This document shows positions 7,764 to 17,413 of a stretch of 64,000 nucleotides of DNA, in pieces (within the stretch, counting starts at the first letter, position 1; the number at the start of each line of letters is the position of its first letter). Position numbers and translations under genes: made by a program. The notes under the pieces were generated by a model that saw only the letters and a program-made list of their open reading frames with translations, was not told the origin of the DNA and did no database searches. The DNA is from an uncultured PS1 clade bacterium (GTDB lineage Bacteria > Pseudomonadota > Alphaproteobacteria > MED-G09), in NCBI GenBank assembly GCA_902626605.1, contig CACOFZ010000005.1, positions 9,373 through 73,372 on the forward strand, given 5' to 3'.

Positions 7764-8355
7764 AGTCTTCATTTGTATCAAAATCTTTTGTTACTCCCTC
7801 TGAGAGATTAACTTTAATATAACTATATTTTTTATCCAAAATTAATTTTTTTAATCCTTTATCATTTGATAATTTACTTATATCTCTAATTAAATCTTCA
7901 TAAATTTCTTTTGGTAATAAAATTGGATTACCTAATTTTCCTTTATTTTCGGGTATACATATTATCTTTTGATCATTTTTGTTAAATATCTCCAATAACT
8001 TATTTATATCCTCAGAAGTCACAAATGGCATATCTGCAAGAGATATAAGTATTCCTGTGGTCTTACTGCTAATATTTTCGTTAATTTTAAGTATTGAGGA
8101 TAGCATTCCACTTTTAAAATCATTATTTTCTATTATAGAAATTTTTTGTTGATCTATGTGTTTTAAAATAATATCTTTTTGATGACCTAAAATTAAATTG
8201 ATATTATTGATTTTACTTTCAATATGATTATTAAGTGTATGATTTAAAATAGTTTTATTATCTATTTTTTTTAGTAATTTATTCTCGTTTCCCATACGTT
8301 TCGACATTCCAGCCGCGAGAATAAAACAATCAATTCTATTTATCGATTTTTCCAA
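7753..8355 (-). CDS. MobA-like NTP transferase (molybdenum cofactor cytidylyltransferase, MocA-like)
   Basis: N-terminal ILAAGMSKRMG motif; lies in the cox/xdh accessory context. Confidence 0.75.
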   Translation of the reverse strand: MEKSINRIDCFILAAGMSKRMGNENKLLKKIDNKTILNHTLNNHIESKINNINLILGHQKDIILKHIDQQKISIIENNDFKSGMLSSILKINENISSKTTGILISLADMPFVTSEDINKLLEIFNKNDQKIICIPENKGKLGNPILLPKEIYEDLIRDISKLSNDKGLKKLILDKKYSYIKVNLSEGVTKDFDTNEDFNL

Positions 8356-9062
8356 TTTTTTCTAAGCTCTTCAATACTATCTTTTTGATTCCTTAAAGAA
8401 GAAATTATTTCTGCCATAATTGAAATTGCTATTTCTTGCGGTGTCTGAGCATTTATAGGCAGTCCTATTGGCCCATTTATCCTTCTAAGCACTTCAAGAT
8501 CAAAACCATCTTTAACAAACCTATCAATTCTTTTTTTGTGAGTTTTTTTGCTTCCAAGTGCTCCAATATAAAAACATTTACTATTTAGACTATTTTTTAA
8601 AGCAATATCATCTAAATTTGGTTCATGGGTTAATGTTACTACAGCTGTTCTTTCATCTAAATTAATTTCATTAAATGCATCTTCAGGCCAAGCACATATT
8701 ACTTTATTATTGGGAAATCTCTCTTTTGCAGCAAATGCCTCTCTTGGATCAATAATTGTTACTTCAAAATCAGAATTTTCTGCAAGTATCGATAATGATT
8801 GAGCCACATGAACTGCGCCAACTATTATTAGCTTTGCAGGAGGATTAAATGGGTTAAAAATCCATTCTTTATCATCAATTTCTTCTAAAATTAATCTATC
8901 TTCATTAATTGCTTTTCTAATAAATTTTGAAAATTGATGTTTATTAATATCTTTATTTTCCACTAAAATAGTTTCATTTACATCAGCTTGTGAAACTAAA
9001 CAAAATGATTTTTTTTTATTTTTATTCGCTATAATTTTTTCTAGAAGAGCTTTATCCATCAC
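8340..9062 (-). CDS. XdhC family maturation protein, Rossmann-like C-terminal part
   Basis: LIIVGAVHVAQSL Rossmann motif. Start is GTG 9062 or ATG 9059; the ATG overlaps the upstream stop by 8 nt. Confidence 0.8.
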   Translation of the reverse strand: MMDKALLEKIIANKNKKKSFCLVSQADVNETILVENKDINKHQFSKFIRKAINEDRLILEEIDDKEWIFNPFNPPAKLIIVGAVHVAQSLSILAENSDFEVTIIDPREAFAAKERFPNNKVICAWPEDAFNEINLDERTAVVTLTHEPNLDDIALKNSLNSKCFYIGALGSKKTHKKRIDRFVKDGFDLEVLRRINGPIGLPINAQTPQEIAISIMAEIISSLRNQKDSIEELRKNWKNR

Positions 9063-9378
9063 TTTTCATTGTATCGATTCTAATTTTGATATCACCTCCG
9101 CAAGCAAGACCTACTTCCCAAGCAGTATCATTTGTAATACCATACTGCAAAAGCCTTACGGAGGAGGGTGTATTGATAATTTCGATAGCATTTTCGACTA
9201 CATCACCCTCTACACAACCTCCTGATACTGATCCAACCATTAGACCATCATCTCTAATAGCTAACTGAGATCCAGCTTTTCTTGGAGCTGAACCCCAAGT
9301 TTTAACAACTGTGGCAATAGCAACATTATGGCCTTGTTTTAGCCATTCTAGTGCATTTTCAATAGGATCATTATTCAT
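9052..9378 (-). CDS. XdhC/CoxI N-terminal domain protein
   Basis: VVKTWGSAPRKAGS and SGGCVE motifs. I prefer ATG at 9378 (MNNDP...), which overlaps the CoxM stop as ATGAATAA. The track start at 9444 would overlap coxM by 74 nt. Confidence 0.8.
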   Translation of the reverse strand: MNNDPIENALEWLKQGHNVAIATVVKTWGSAPRKAGSQLAIRDDGLMVGSVSGGCVEGDVVENAIEIINTPSSVRLLQYGITNDTAWEVGLACGGDIKIRIDTMKSDG

Positions 9379-10171
9379 TAATACCTTCAAAAGCTCTAAT
9401 AGCCATAATGTTTGCGAGGTTTGCTCTGTATTCTGAGCTCCCATGGATATCTGACATTATACCCTCAGGTGAAAGTTTAATATTTTCTACACTTGATTTT
9501 GACCAATTATTTGATAGAGATTCTTCCATCTCAGACCATCTAAATACACCGTTTTCACTTGCTCCAGTTACAGCAACTCTTATATCGGTTTCATTTTTTG
9601 AAATAAAAACTCCTGCCATTGCATACCTTGAAGCAGGATTAGGAAACTTCATATAAAATGAGTCCTTGATTATTGGAAATGAAATTGATACTACGATTTC
9701 ATCCTCATCTAAAGCAGTTTCAAAAAGACTAATAAAAAATTCGTCTGCCATTAATTCTCTTTTACTGGTTTTAATTTTAGCACCAAGTCCTAAACAAGCT
9801 GCAGGATAATCTGCCGTTGGATCATTGTTAGATATTGCTCCACCAATTGTTCCCATATTTCTTACATGAGGATCACCTATACCTTCTGCTAACATCGATA
9901 AAGATGGAATTTTTTCTTTTATAAGATCTGAAGAAGATACGGTAAAATGATTAGTAGTTGAGCCAATTATGATATTATTTGACTCTTCTCTAATGAAATT
10001 CAGTTCTTCAATATTTCTAATATCTATTAATTTTTCCGGGGATGCTAACCTTTGTTTCATAGTGGGAATAAGCGTCATTCCTCCTGCTAAAATTTTAGAA
10101 TCAGGATTAGCAGTTAATTCATTTACTGCCTCTTGAATAGTTTCTACTTTTTTATAATTGAATTGATACAT
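9371..10171 (-). CDS. FAD-binding medium subunit of the xanthine dehydrogenase / CO dehydrogenase family (CoxM-like)
   Basis: ILAGGMTLIP and GTIGGAISNNDP motifs. Confidence 0.9.
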   Translation of the reverse strand: MYQFNYKKVETIQEAVNELTANPDSKILAGGMTLIPTMKQRLASPEKLIDIRNIEELNFIREESNNIIIGSTTNHFTVSSSDLIKEKIPSLSMLAEGIGDPHVRNMGTIGGAISNNDPTADYPAACLGLGAKIKTSKRELMADEFFISLFETALDEDEIVVSISFPIIKDSFYMKFPNPASRYAMAGVFISKNETDIRVAVTGASENGVFRWSEMEESLSNNWSKSSVENIKLSPEGIMSDIHGSSEYRANLANIMAIRAFEGINE

Positions 10172-10189
10172 ATCTATCTATTTTTCTAA

Positions 10190-10651
10190 TTACATTTTTT
10201 CTGAAGCAGCCAATATGGATTTAACAATATTTTGATATCCAGTGCACCTGCATAAATTACCTTCAAGCTCTTCTCTCACGGTTTTTTCATTTAGAATAGA
10301 GTTTCTATTAATTATATCTACAGCTGCCATTATCATACCCGGAGTACAAAAACCACACTGTAAACCATGATTTTCTCTAAAAGCTTCTTGAACAGGATGA
10401 AGATTTTCACCATCTGCAAGACCCTCAATTGTTGTTATTTTTGAATTGTTGGCTTGTACTGCTAACATAGAGCAACTTTTGACAGCTTTTCCGTCAACAT
10501 GAACTACGCAGGCACCGCATTGACTAGTATCACATCCAACATGAGTTCCTGTAAGACTTAAATCATCTCTTATGAAATGAACCAATAATTGACGTTCTTC
10601 CACATCATGTGAAACTTTATTTCCATTTATTTCTAATTCTACTAAAGACAT
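10190..10651 (-). CDS. (2Fe-2S)-binding small subunit of the xanthine dehydrogenase / CO dehydrogenase family (CoxS-like)
   Basis: [12 protein letters not shown] and [10 protein letters not shown] ... CRCTGY cysteine motifs. Confidence 0.92.
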   Translation of the reverse strand: MSLVELEINGNKVSHDVEERQLLVHFIRDDLSLTGTHVGCDTSQCGACVVHVDGKAVKSCSMLAVQANNSKITTIEGLADGENLHPVQEAFRENHGLQCGFCTPGMIMAAVDIINRNSILNEKTVREELEGNLCRCTGYQNIVKSILAASEKM

Positions 10652-10678
10652 CTTTTCCCTATTAAAGTAATAATAATA

Positions 10679-11251
10679 TTATATTTGACCTAAAAAGTAC
10701 CAGAAAACAATACTTAAAATTACTAGAATTATTATAGAAGTAATCCATTTTGAAGGAGTTATTCCATTGTTATCATCATCACTGATTTCCTTCGTCGATT
10801 CAGCACTTTTATTTTCTGATAAAATTTCGTTAAATTTACCAAAAAATTCATCTGCTAGTTTATTTGCTGCTGTGTCTATTAGTCTTTGACCAATTTGAGC
10901 TAATTTACCCCCAACACTAGCATTTACAGAATATAATAATTTTGTTCCATCCTCATGATCATGTAGTTGAACTTCAGCCTGACCTTTTGCAAAACCGGCT
11001 GCACCTCCAGTACCTTCTCCAGTTAATTTGTAGCTATTTGGAGAATCAATTTCTGATAATTTAATCTTGCCATTAAATTTAGCACTTATTGGCCCTATTT
11101 TTGTTTTTACAGTAGCTGTAAGATTTTCGTCATCTATTTTTTCAACACTTTGAGCACCAGGTATGGCCTTAAGAAGTTGATCTGGATCATTTAATGCTTC
11201 CCAAACCTTTTGCCTAGAAGTAAAAATAATTTTCTCACCTTTCATTTCCAT
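10679..11251 (-). CDS. CoxG-like SRPBCC protein with a C-terminal TM anchor
   Basis: MEMKGE N-terminus typical of CoxG, SRPBCC-length core, hydrophobic C-terminal helix WITSIIILVILSIVFWYFL. Confidence 0.8.
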   Translation of the reverse strand: MEMKGEKIIFTSRQKVWEALNDPDQLLKAIPGAQSVEKIDDENLTATVKTKIGPISAKFNGKIKLSEIDSPNSYKLTGEGTGGAAGFAKGQAEVQLHDHEDGTKLLYSVNASVGGKLAQIGQRLIDTAANKLADEFFGKFNEILSENKSAESTKEISDDDNNGITPSKWITSIIILVILSIVFWYFLGQI

Positions 11252-11367
11252 AGGAAATACTCCTTAATTAAATAGTTAATATATGGTGTTATACAATTTA
11301 TCGGTTTAATAAGGAAAGAGAAAATTATAAACTTAATAAAATGTTTAAACTTTTTTGAGAAATTTAT

Positions 11368-11811
11368 ATGTCTGAAAATAAAACTATTCCCGAAGGTTAT
11401 ATTATTAACGAGAGAAGAGGACCATATACAAATCATAATGGCCCATTTTATATAAAAGAAGAAAGTAATAAATGGATTCATGGAGCATTTATTTTAGATA
11501 GACATTGTAATGCTGCTAATATTGCGCACGGGGGAATGTTAATGGCCTTCGCAGACGGTGTTTTAGGTCATACAGTCTATTATGCAACAAAAAGAGCGGG
11601 TGTTACTATAAAATTTAATTCAGAGTTTTTATCTGCTGCAAGACAGGGGGAATGGCTTGAGGGGTATGGAAATGTTTCCCATGTAAAAGGAGATTATGTT
11701 TACTGTGATACGATGCTTAAAGTATCGACACGAAATGTTTTAAGTGTTACATCGATTTTTAAATTAAGGAAAACTGAGTCCTTAAAAAAAATAATTACAA
11801 AAAAACGTTAA
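11368..11811 (+). CDS. PaaI-family hotdog-fold thioesterase
   Basis: AHGGMLMAFADGVLG motif. Confidence 0.75.
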   Translation: MSENKTIPEGYIINERRGPYTNHNGPFYIKEESNKWIHGAFILDRHCNAANIAHGGMLMAFADGVLGHTVYYATKRAGVTIKFNSEFLSAARQGEWLEGYGNVSHVKGDYVYCDTMLKVSTRNVLSVTSIFKLRKTESLKKIITKKR

Positions 11812-11836
11812 AGGTTTATATAATATTAAAATGTAT

Positions 11837-11913
<77 letters not shown>

Positions 11914-11931
11914 CCTCTTTAGGAGATAAAA

Positions 11932-12210
11932 ATGAAGTATGATAATATGGCTGATTTAAGACTTGAGCTTAATAAAATTGACTCATCGCTATTATCTTTA
12001 TTTAAAGATCGTTTTGACTTGATACATGAAGCTTCAATCATAAAAAAAAATACAAATGAAATTAGAGATTATGATAGAATTGAAGAGGTTATTTCAGGTA
12101 TTAGGGCGCAATCTGAAGAACTGGGCTTAGATCCAAATTCTATGGAATACTTATGGAGATTTCTTATTGAGTTGTCTATTAAATATGAAATTGACCATTT
12201 TGATGATTAA
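11932..12210 (+). CDS. Chorismate mutase (small AroQ type)
   Basis: 92 aa. LRLELNKIDSSLLSLFKDRFDL fits the AroQ helix-1 pattern. Confidence 0.7.
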   Translation: MKYDNMADLRLELNKIDSSLLSLFKDRFDLIHEASIIKKNTNEIRDYDRIEEVISGIRAQSEELGLDPNSMEYLWRFLIELSIKYEIDHFDD

Positions 12211-12230
12211 AAATTCTAAGAAAAACATCT

Positions 12231-13481
12231 ATGAAAAAAGCTAGTGACTACAACTTAACAGATCCAAAAATTATGGAAGATCCTTATGAATTTTATACTG
12301 CAATTCATAATGATGATGCCAGGGCTGTTTATGTTGAAGGCGTTGGTTATTGGATAGGTCGTATGGATGATATAAAAGAAATAACTAAAAATACTTCAGT
12401 TTTTTCTAATAGTTATTTTTCAGAGGGTGGACCTTTGCCAACAGGGGTTAGCGGTGAACCGCTTGAGGATGATGTAAAAGAAATATTTGATGATGGACCA
12501 AAGGTTGTTAATGCATTATGGACAACCGATCCACCAAAACATACAATTCATAGAAAATTAGTTAACAAAGCTTTTACTGGTAGGTGGGTTCGCTCAATGG
12601 AGCCAAGAATAAGAGATATTGCCAATGGTTTAATTGATACTTTTATTGATACAAAAAAAACCGATTTTATTAAAGATTATGCCGTTTATGTTCCAATGAT
12701 TGTAATTGCTGAAGCCCTTGGTATGTCTCGTGAGGATGCGGGACAATTTAAAATTTGGTCTGATGATATTCTCTCAGGAAACTTAGATGTTCTTGATCAT
12801 AGCGCTCGTTTAAGGGTTGCAAAATCTTTTGTGGAAGCAAACAAACATTTTGAATCTACCGTTGAAAAAAGAAGAGAAGATCCAAAGGATGATTTAATTA
12901 CATCTTTAGCTACTGCTAAAGTTGAAGGAAAATCATTGGATATTTCAGAAGTTCTTCCAATAGTGAATACACTAATGCTTGCAGGTAATGAAACTACTAC
13001 TAACCTGATAGGTAATGCTATGGGTTTATTAATTAAGTCACCAGATTTAATGGCTACGCTAAGAAATGATTACTCTTTAATACCCTTGTTTATAAATGAA
13101 GTTATGCGCTATGACGCACCTGTTCAGTGTTTGTATAGAGTCGTTACAGAAGATACTTTTATTGGTGAAGTAAAAATTCCTGAGGGATCGAATATAATGC
13201 TTGGATGGGGTACTGCCGGAAGAGATCCAAAATATTTTGATAATCCAAATAAATTTGATCTTTATAGGCATAATGCTGATAAGAATGTTGGCTTTGGTTT
13301 TGGACCGCATATTTGTGTTGGTCTTGGCCTAGCAAAAACCGAAACAAGAATTGCTTTTGAAACTATTTTTGATAGATTGAAAGATATTAAATTAGATGAA
13401 AAAGCGGATTTGAGTCATATTCCCACTTTTGCGACTAGAGGGTATCAAAAACTTAATCTTATATTTGATTCTAATAATTAA
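12231..13481 (+). CDS. Cytochrome P450
   Basis: AGNETT I-helix, EVMRY (ExxR) and the heme loop FGFGPHICVGLGLA. Confidence 0.92.
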   Translation: MKKASDYNLTDPKIMEDPYEFYTAIHNDDARAVYVEGVGYWIGRMDDIKEITKNTSVFSNSYFSEGGPLPTGVSGEPLEDDVKEIFDDGPKVVNALWTTDPPKHTIHRKLVNKAFTGRWVRSMEPRIRDIANGLIDTFIDTKKTDFIKDYAVYVPMIVIAEALGMSREDAGQFKIWSDDILSGNLDVLDHSARLRVAKSFVEANKHFESTVEKRREDPKDDLITSLATAKVEGKSLDISEVLPIVNTLMLAGNETTTNLIGNAMGLLIKSPDLMATLRNDYSLIPLFINEVMRYDAPVQCLYRVVTEDTFIGEVKIPEGSNIMLGWGTAGRDPKYFDNPNKFDLYRHNADKNVGFGFGPHICVGLGLAKTETRIAFETIFDRLKDIKLDEKADLSHIPTFATRGYQKLNLIFDSNN

Positions 13482-13509
13482 ATTTTAAAAAAAGGGGCGG
13501 GGTTATTTT

Positions 13510-15222
13510 ATGAGAGAGATTTCAGATCTAATAATTCGTAACGGTAAAATTATTGATGGATCAGGTGGTCCAGAAATTTTGTCTGATATTTTGATAAAAG
13601 ATGGAAAAATTGAAAAAATAGGAAAACTCAATCCATCAGTCAAAGCAAAGAAAGAGATTGATGCAAATGGTTTTATTGTAACTCCTGGTTTTGTAGATAT
13701 TCATACCCATTATGATGGGCAAGCAACATGGGATAATTATTTATCACCATCATCATGGCATGGAGTAACAACAGCTTTAATGGGTAACTGCGGTGTTGGC
13801 TTTGCTCCAGTTCATGATCATGATCATGATAGGCTTATCAGTCTAATGGAAGGTGTTGAGGATATTCCTGATGTTGTTTTGACAGAGGGTTTAAAATGGA
13901 ATTGGAATTCATTTTCTGACTATCTTAATATTCTTGATAATAAGGGTTTTGATATGGATATTGGCGCTCAAATTCCTCATGGTGCGCTTCGCCTATATGT
14001 TATGGGTCAAAGAGGTGCTGATAGAGAACCTGCTACAGAAGAAGATATTAAAAAAATGGCAGAACTTAGTGCTGAAGCTGTAGAGTCTGGTGCAATTGGC
14101 TTTACAACATCAAGAACAGTTTTTCATAAAACATCGAAAGGTGAATTAGTTCCAAGTTTTGATGCTGCTGGAAATGAATTAATTCAAATAGCTAAAGAAA
14201 TAGGTAAAACTGGTAAAGGTGTTTTGCAATTAGTTTCTGATTTTTTGGGTGGATATGAAGAATTTAAGATGCTTGAAAAAATGGTAGAGGCTTCTGGTTG
14301 TCCAATTTCTATAACACTTGCTCAAACAGATGGAACTAAATATGATTACAAAGATTTACTAGGTTGGATAGAAGATGCTGCAAGTAGAGGGCTTCCTGTA
14401 AGGGCTCAAGCATGTGGAAGACCAATTGGCCTAATGCTTGGCTTAAATCTTACCTTAAATCCCTTCTCTGGACACCCCTCATATACAGAAATAGCTGACC
14501 TTTCTCTCGAGAAGAGGGTTTCAGTAATGAGAAATGAAGATTTCAAGAAAAAAATTCTAAGTGAGGAGTGTTCTTCAAGCAATGGATTGGTTAAATCAAT
14601 AATCAGAAATATTGATAATATATATATCCTTGATAAAATTCCAGATTATGAGCCACATAAGGAAACCAGTTTAGGCTCAAAGGCAAAAAAACTTAATAGA
14701 GATATTACCGATTATATATATGATGTTTTATTAGAGGATGATGGAAATAGCCTTTTATATTATCCTATTGGAAATTATTTAGATTATTCTCTTGAAGCAA
14801 GTCTAGAAATGATAAGCAGTGATCATACATTATTGGGCCTAGGTGATGGAGGTGCGCATTGCTCAACTATTTGTGATGCTAGTTTTACTACTCATATGCT
14901 TACTTTTTGGGGAAGAGATAGGACTAGAGGTAAGAAATTAGATTTACCATGGATTATTAAATCTTATTCAAGGGATAACGCTTTAGCTATTGGTCTTGAT
15001 GACAGAGGTTTGATTAAGGAAGGAATGAAAGCAGATATAAATATTATCGATTTTGATAATTTAACTCTTTATTCACCTGAAATTCGATATGACCTCCCAG
15101 CCGGTGGTAAAAGACTTGTTCAAAGGGTTGATGGCTATAAATATACAATTGTGTCAGGTAAGGTTACTTATAAAGACGGGGTTTCAACCGGAGAACTTCC
15201 AGGAAAATTAATAAGGAGTTAA
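13510..15222 (+). CDS. N-acyl-D-amino-acid deacylase (D-aminoacylase) family amidohydrolase
   Basis: GFVDIHTHYDG metal motif, about 570 aa, family-typical C-terminus DINIIDFD. Confidence 0.8.
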   Translation: MREISDLIIRNGKIIDGSGGPEILSDILIKDGKIEKIGKLNPSVKAKKEIDANGFIVTPGFVDIHTHYDGQATWDNYLSPSSWHGVTTALMGNCGVGFAPVHDHDHDRLISLMEGVEDIPDVVLTEGLKWNWNSFSDYLNILDNKGFDMDIGAQIPHGALRLYVMGQRGADREPATEEDIKKMAELSAEAVESGAIGFTTSRTVFHKTSKGELVPSFDAAGNELIQIAKEIGKTGKGVLQLVSDFLGGYEEFKMLEKMVEASGCPISITLAQTDGTKYDYKDLLGWIEDAASRGLPVRAQACGRPIGLMLGLNLTLNPFSGHPSYTEIADLSLEKRVSVMRNEDFKKKILSEECSSSNGLVKSIIRNIDNIYILDKIPDYEPHKETSLGSKAKKLNRDITDYIYDVLLEDDGNSLLYYPIGNYLDYSLEASLEMISSDHTLLGLGDGGAHCSTICDASFTTHMLTFWGRDRTRGKKLDLPWIIKSYSRDNALAIGLDDRGLIKEGMKADINIIDFDNLTLYSPEIRYDLPAGGKRLVQRVDGYKYTIVSGKVTYKDGVSTGELPGKLIRS

Positions 15223-15225
15223 TTA

Positions 15226-15765
15226 ATGATAATAGAAAAAAATCCTATTTTTCAACAAGCCTATTTTGTTAATAGTATTGATCATTCTGCAAAAAAATGG
15301 AGTGATCTATATGGGGCAGGTCCTTTTGTTTTTACTCATCACCATAAAACTGACAAATTTGAATATAGAAATACATCCGATGAGGCAGATGTTTCATATG
15401 CTTTTGGTTACCTTGGAGATACAATGATCCAGTTTATAGAACAACATGACGAAACACCGTCTATATACAGGGACATGTTTAAAAAAGGTCAGGAAGGCTT
15501 TCATCATATTGGCATTCTAGTATCTGACTTTGAAGAGGAGTTAAATAGATTTTTAGATATGGGTTTTGATCTGGCTTGCCGACTTTGGGCTGATGGGGTT
15601 GATGCTGCTTATATTGATACAAGATCTGTAAATGGTGTTTTCACTGAAATTCATGGGGATCCAAACCACATACTAGGAGAATTCTCAAGATGGAGAAGGG
15701 CACACGAAAAATATAAAGTTGGCGAAACCTATAAACTTGAAAGAAAAACTAAATGGGATAATTAG
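15226..15765 (+). CDS. VOC (glyoxalase/bleomycin resistance/dioxygenase) family protein
   Basis: FHHIGILVSDFEE motif. Confidence 0.65.
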   Translation: MIIEKNPIFQQAYFVNSIDHSAKKWSDLYGAGPFVFTHHHKTDKFEYRNTSDEADVSYAFGYLGDTMIQFIEQHDETPSIYRDMFKKGQEGFHHIGILVSDFEEELNRFLDMGFDLACRLWADGVDAAYIDTRSVNGVFTEIHGDPNHILGEFSRWRRAHEKYKVGETYKLERKTKWDN

Positions 15766-15771
15766 AGGATT

Positions 15772-16347
15772 TTAATCATTTATTTTATTTTTTAAGGCAT
15801 AAATTCTATCTTGCCCCCAAAATATCTCGCCTTTATATACAAATGTTGGTACACCAAAAACTTTATATTCTCTCATTATTTTAGTATACGATTTCAATCT
15901 GTTATCAAAATCGTTATCATTCATGGCTGATAGCGCTATATTCTCATCAAAGCCAATTTTCTTACAAATCTCTGAAATAATTTCAGTGTGGCCTAAATCA
16001 TTGTTTTGATGCCATCTTTGATAAAATGCTTCCATCATAAAATCATTTCCCAACCCATTGTCTTTGGCTGAAAGCCAAGCAGAATGAACTTTTGGCCAAT
16101 TTGCCTCTTTTGACAAAATATCACCAACATTTTCAATTCCAATTTCTTTAAACAACCTATCGCAATCTAAATATAGGTAAGATCTTTTATATTCATTTCC
16201 AGAAGCTTTTACAAAAAATTCAACGATTTCTTTTGGCATGTAGCATAGAGGGTAAAATTCCATATCTATATTTTCTTCAATTGCTTTTTTTACACCTAAA
16301 TAAGCATATGGACTTCTGAAATTAAAAAAACATTTTACTTTTTCCAA
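15772..16347 (-). CDS. 2-hydroxychromene-2-carboxylate isomerase / DsbA-like family protein
   Basis: FFNFRSPYAYLG N-terminus and GVPTFVYKGEIFWGQDR C-terminus. Confidence 0.75.
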   Translation of the reverse strand: MEKVKCFFNFRSPYAYLGVKKAIEENIDMEFYPLCYMPKEIVEFFVKASGNEYKRSYLYLDCDRLFKEIGIENVGDILSKEANWPKVHSAWLSAKDNGLGNDFMMEAFYQRWHQNNDLGHTEIISEICKKIGFDENIALSAMNDNDFDNRLKSYTKIMREYKVFGVPTFVYKGEIFWGQDRIYALKNKIND

Positions 16348-16391
16348 AAATATCTCCTACATTAATTAATATATATAAAATATTGATAATA

Positions 16392-16838
16392 TTATATTTT
16401 ATCTAAGTATATTAATACTTCTTGATTGATTTTTTTGAATTGAAATACTGCATCATTCCATTTTGGTGGACCAAACCTAACTTTAGCATTTCCTGAAAAA
16501 CCAACAGGCTCTCTGGGTATTCCCAGAAAGTTTCCAGAAAGGACTCCATTACCATCAAGATCTTGAAATCCTGCGATTGCATATTCACCAAAAGGTAAGT
16601 CGAATATTGCCGTTGCTTTTTTGTTATTAATTTTGATAACAGTTCCAGTTAAAACTATATCTGCATTAGGTTTTTCGTTCACTTTAGCTTTACCAAAATT
16701 ATCTTTTTTGTCATATATACCAAGCATTACGTAACCATCATCATATTTGCTTTCAATATTTATAATTAATTTTTCAGAATATACATTGTTGAAAGAAAAT
16801 AAAATTATAATTATGAAGAGGGATAAACTTTTAAACAT
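16392..16838 (-). CDS. DUF2141-like exported protein
   Basis: Signal peptide; DLDGNGVLSGNFLGIPREPVGFSGNA motif. Confidence 0.6.
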   Translation of the reverse strand: MFKSLSLFIIIILFSFNNVYSEKLIINIESKYDDGYVMLGIYDKKDNFGKAKVNEKPNADIVLTGTVIKINNKKATAIFDLPFGEYAIAGFQDLDGNGVLSGNFLGIPREPVGFSGNAKVRFGPPKWNDAVFQFKKINQEVLIYLDKI

Positions 16839-16842
16839 AAAA

Positions 16843-17331
16843 TTATTCTACCATAATACTCTTGGCTATTTTAACAGCTTCTTCAGCACATTTTTTATCA
16901 AAACCACCGCTTGCGCCAGAAACCCCAACACCACCAACATGCGTTCCATCTTTTAAAATAATTGGGACACCACCTTTTAGCAAAACAACAGTTGGCAGTG
17001 TTAGTAGACCTTGATTTGGGTTGTCATTTGAAAATGCCATATCTCTTAATTCGTCGGTTGAGTATGGTAATCCTGCTGTAGTTTTTCCTTTAAGCCTTGA
17101 GATTTCTTCTGAAGCTGGGTAAGTTCCATCCATTGATGCATAATACTTAAGTGAACCAGGAGATTCATAAATTGCTATATTAATTTTCTTATTATCTCCT
17201 TTTGCTAAATTAAGGCAAGATTCTGCCATTTTTTTAGCAACTTCAAGAGTTATAATAGGTTTTTTAATAATTTCAGCGCTTAAGTTTGAAACAAAAAGAA
17301 CTGCTACAAAGAAAAATAAAATTCTTTTCAT
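16843..17331 (-). CDS. GlcG/HbpS-like (DUF336) heme-binding protein, exported
   Basis: Signal peptide; GGVPI...G..VGGVGVSGASGGFDKKCAE motif. Confidence 0.75.
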   Translation of the reverse strand: MKRILFFFVAVLFVSNLSAEIIKKPIITLEVAKKMAESCLNLAKGDNKKINIAIYESPGSLKYYASMDGTYPASEEISRLKGKTTAGLPYSTDELRDMAFSNDNPNQGLLTLPTVVLLKGGVPIILKDGTHVGGVGVSGASGGFDKKCAEEAVKIAKSIMVE

Positions 17332-17413
17332 TTAAATCTCCTAAGTTTTCATTTTTATGTATAATATGAACTATATTACTAATATCACAACAATAAAAAT
17401 GATAGAGGTTTAA

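Noticed and set aside
8340-9444. XdhC split into two ORFs as a frameshifted pseudogene.
   Set aside because: The split falls at the domain boundary. The junction is a clean ATGGATAA start/stop overlap identical in style to the coxM/xdhC junction (ATGAATAA). Both parts keep their motifs, which is consistent with a genuine two-gene arrangement.
11242-11481. 79-aa minus-strand ORF between coxG and the PaaI thioesterase.
   Set aside because: It overlaps the 5' end of the PaaI-type gene and the coxG start. Its translation is AT-driven and Ile/Phe/Asn-rich, with no RBS or motif.
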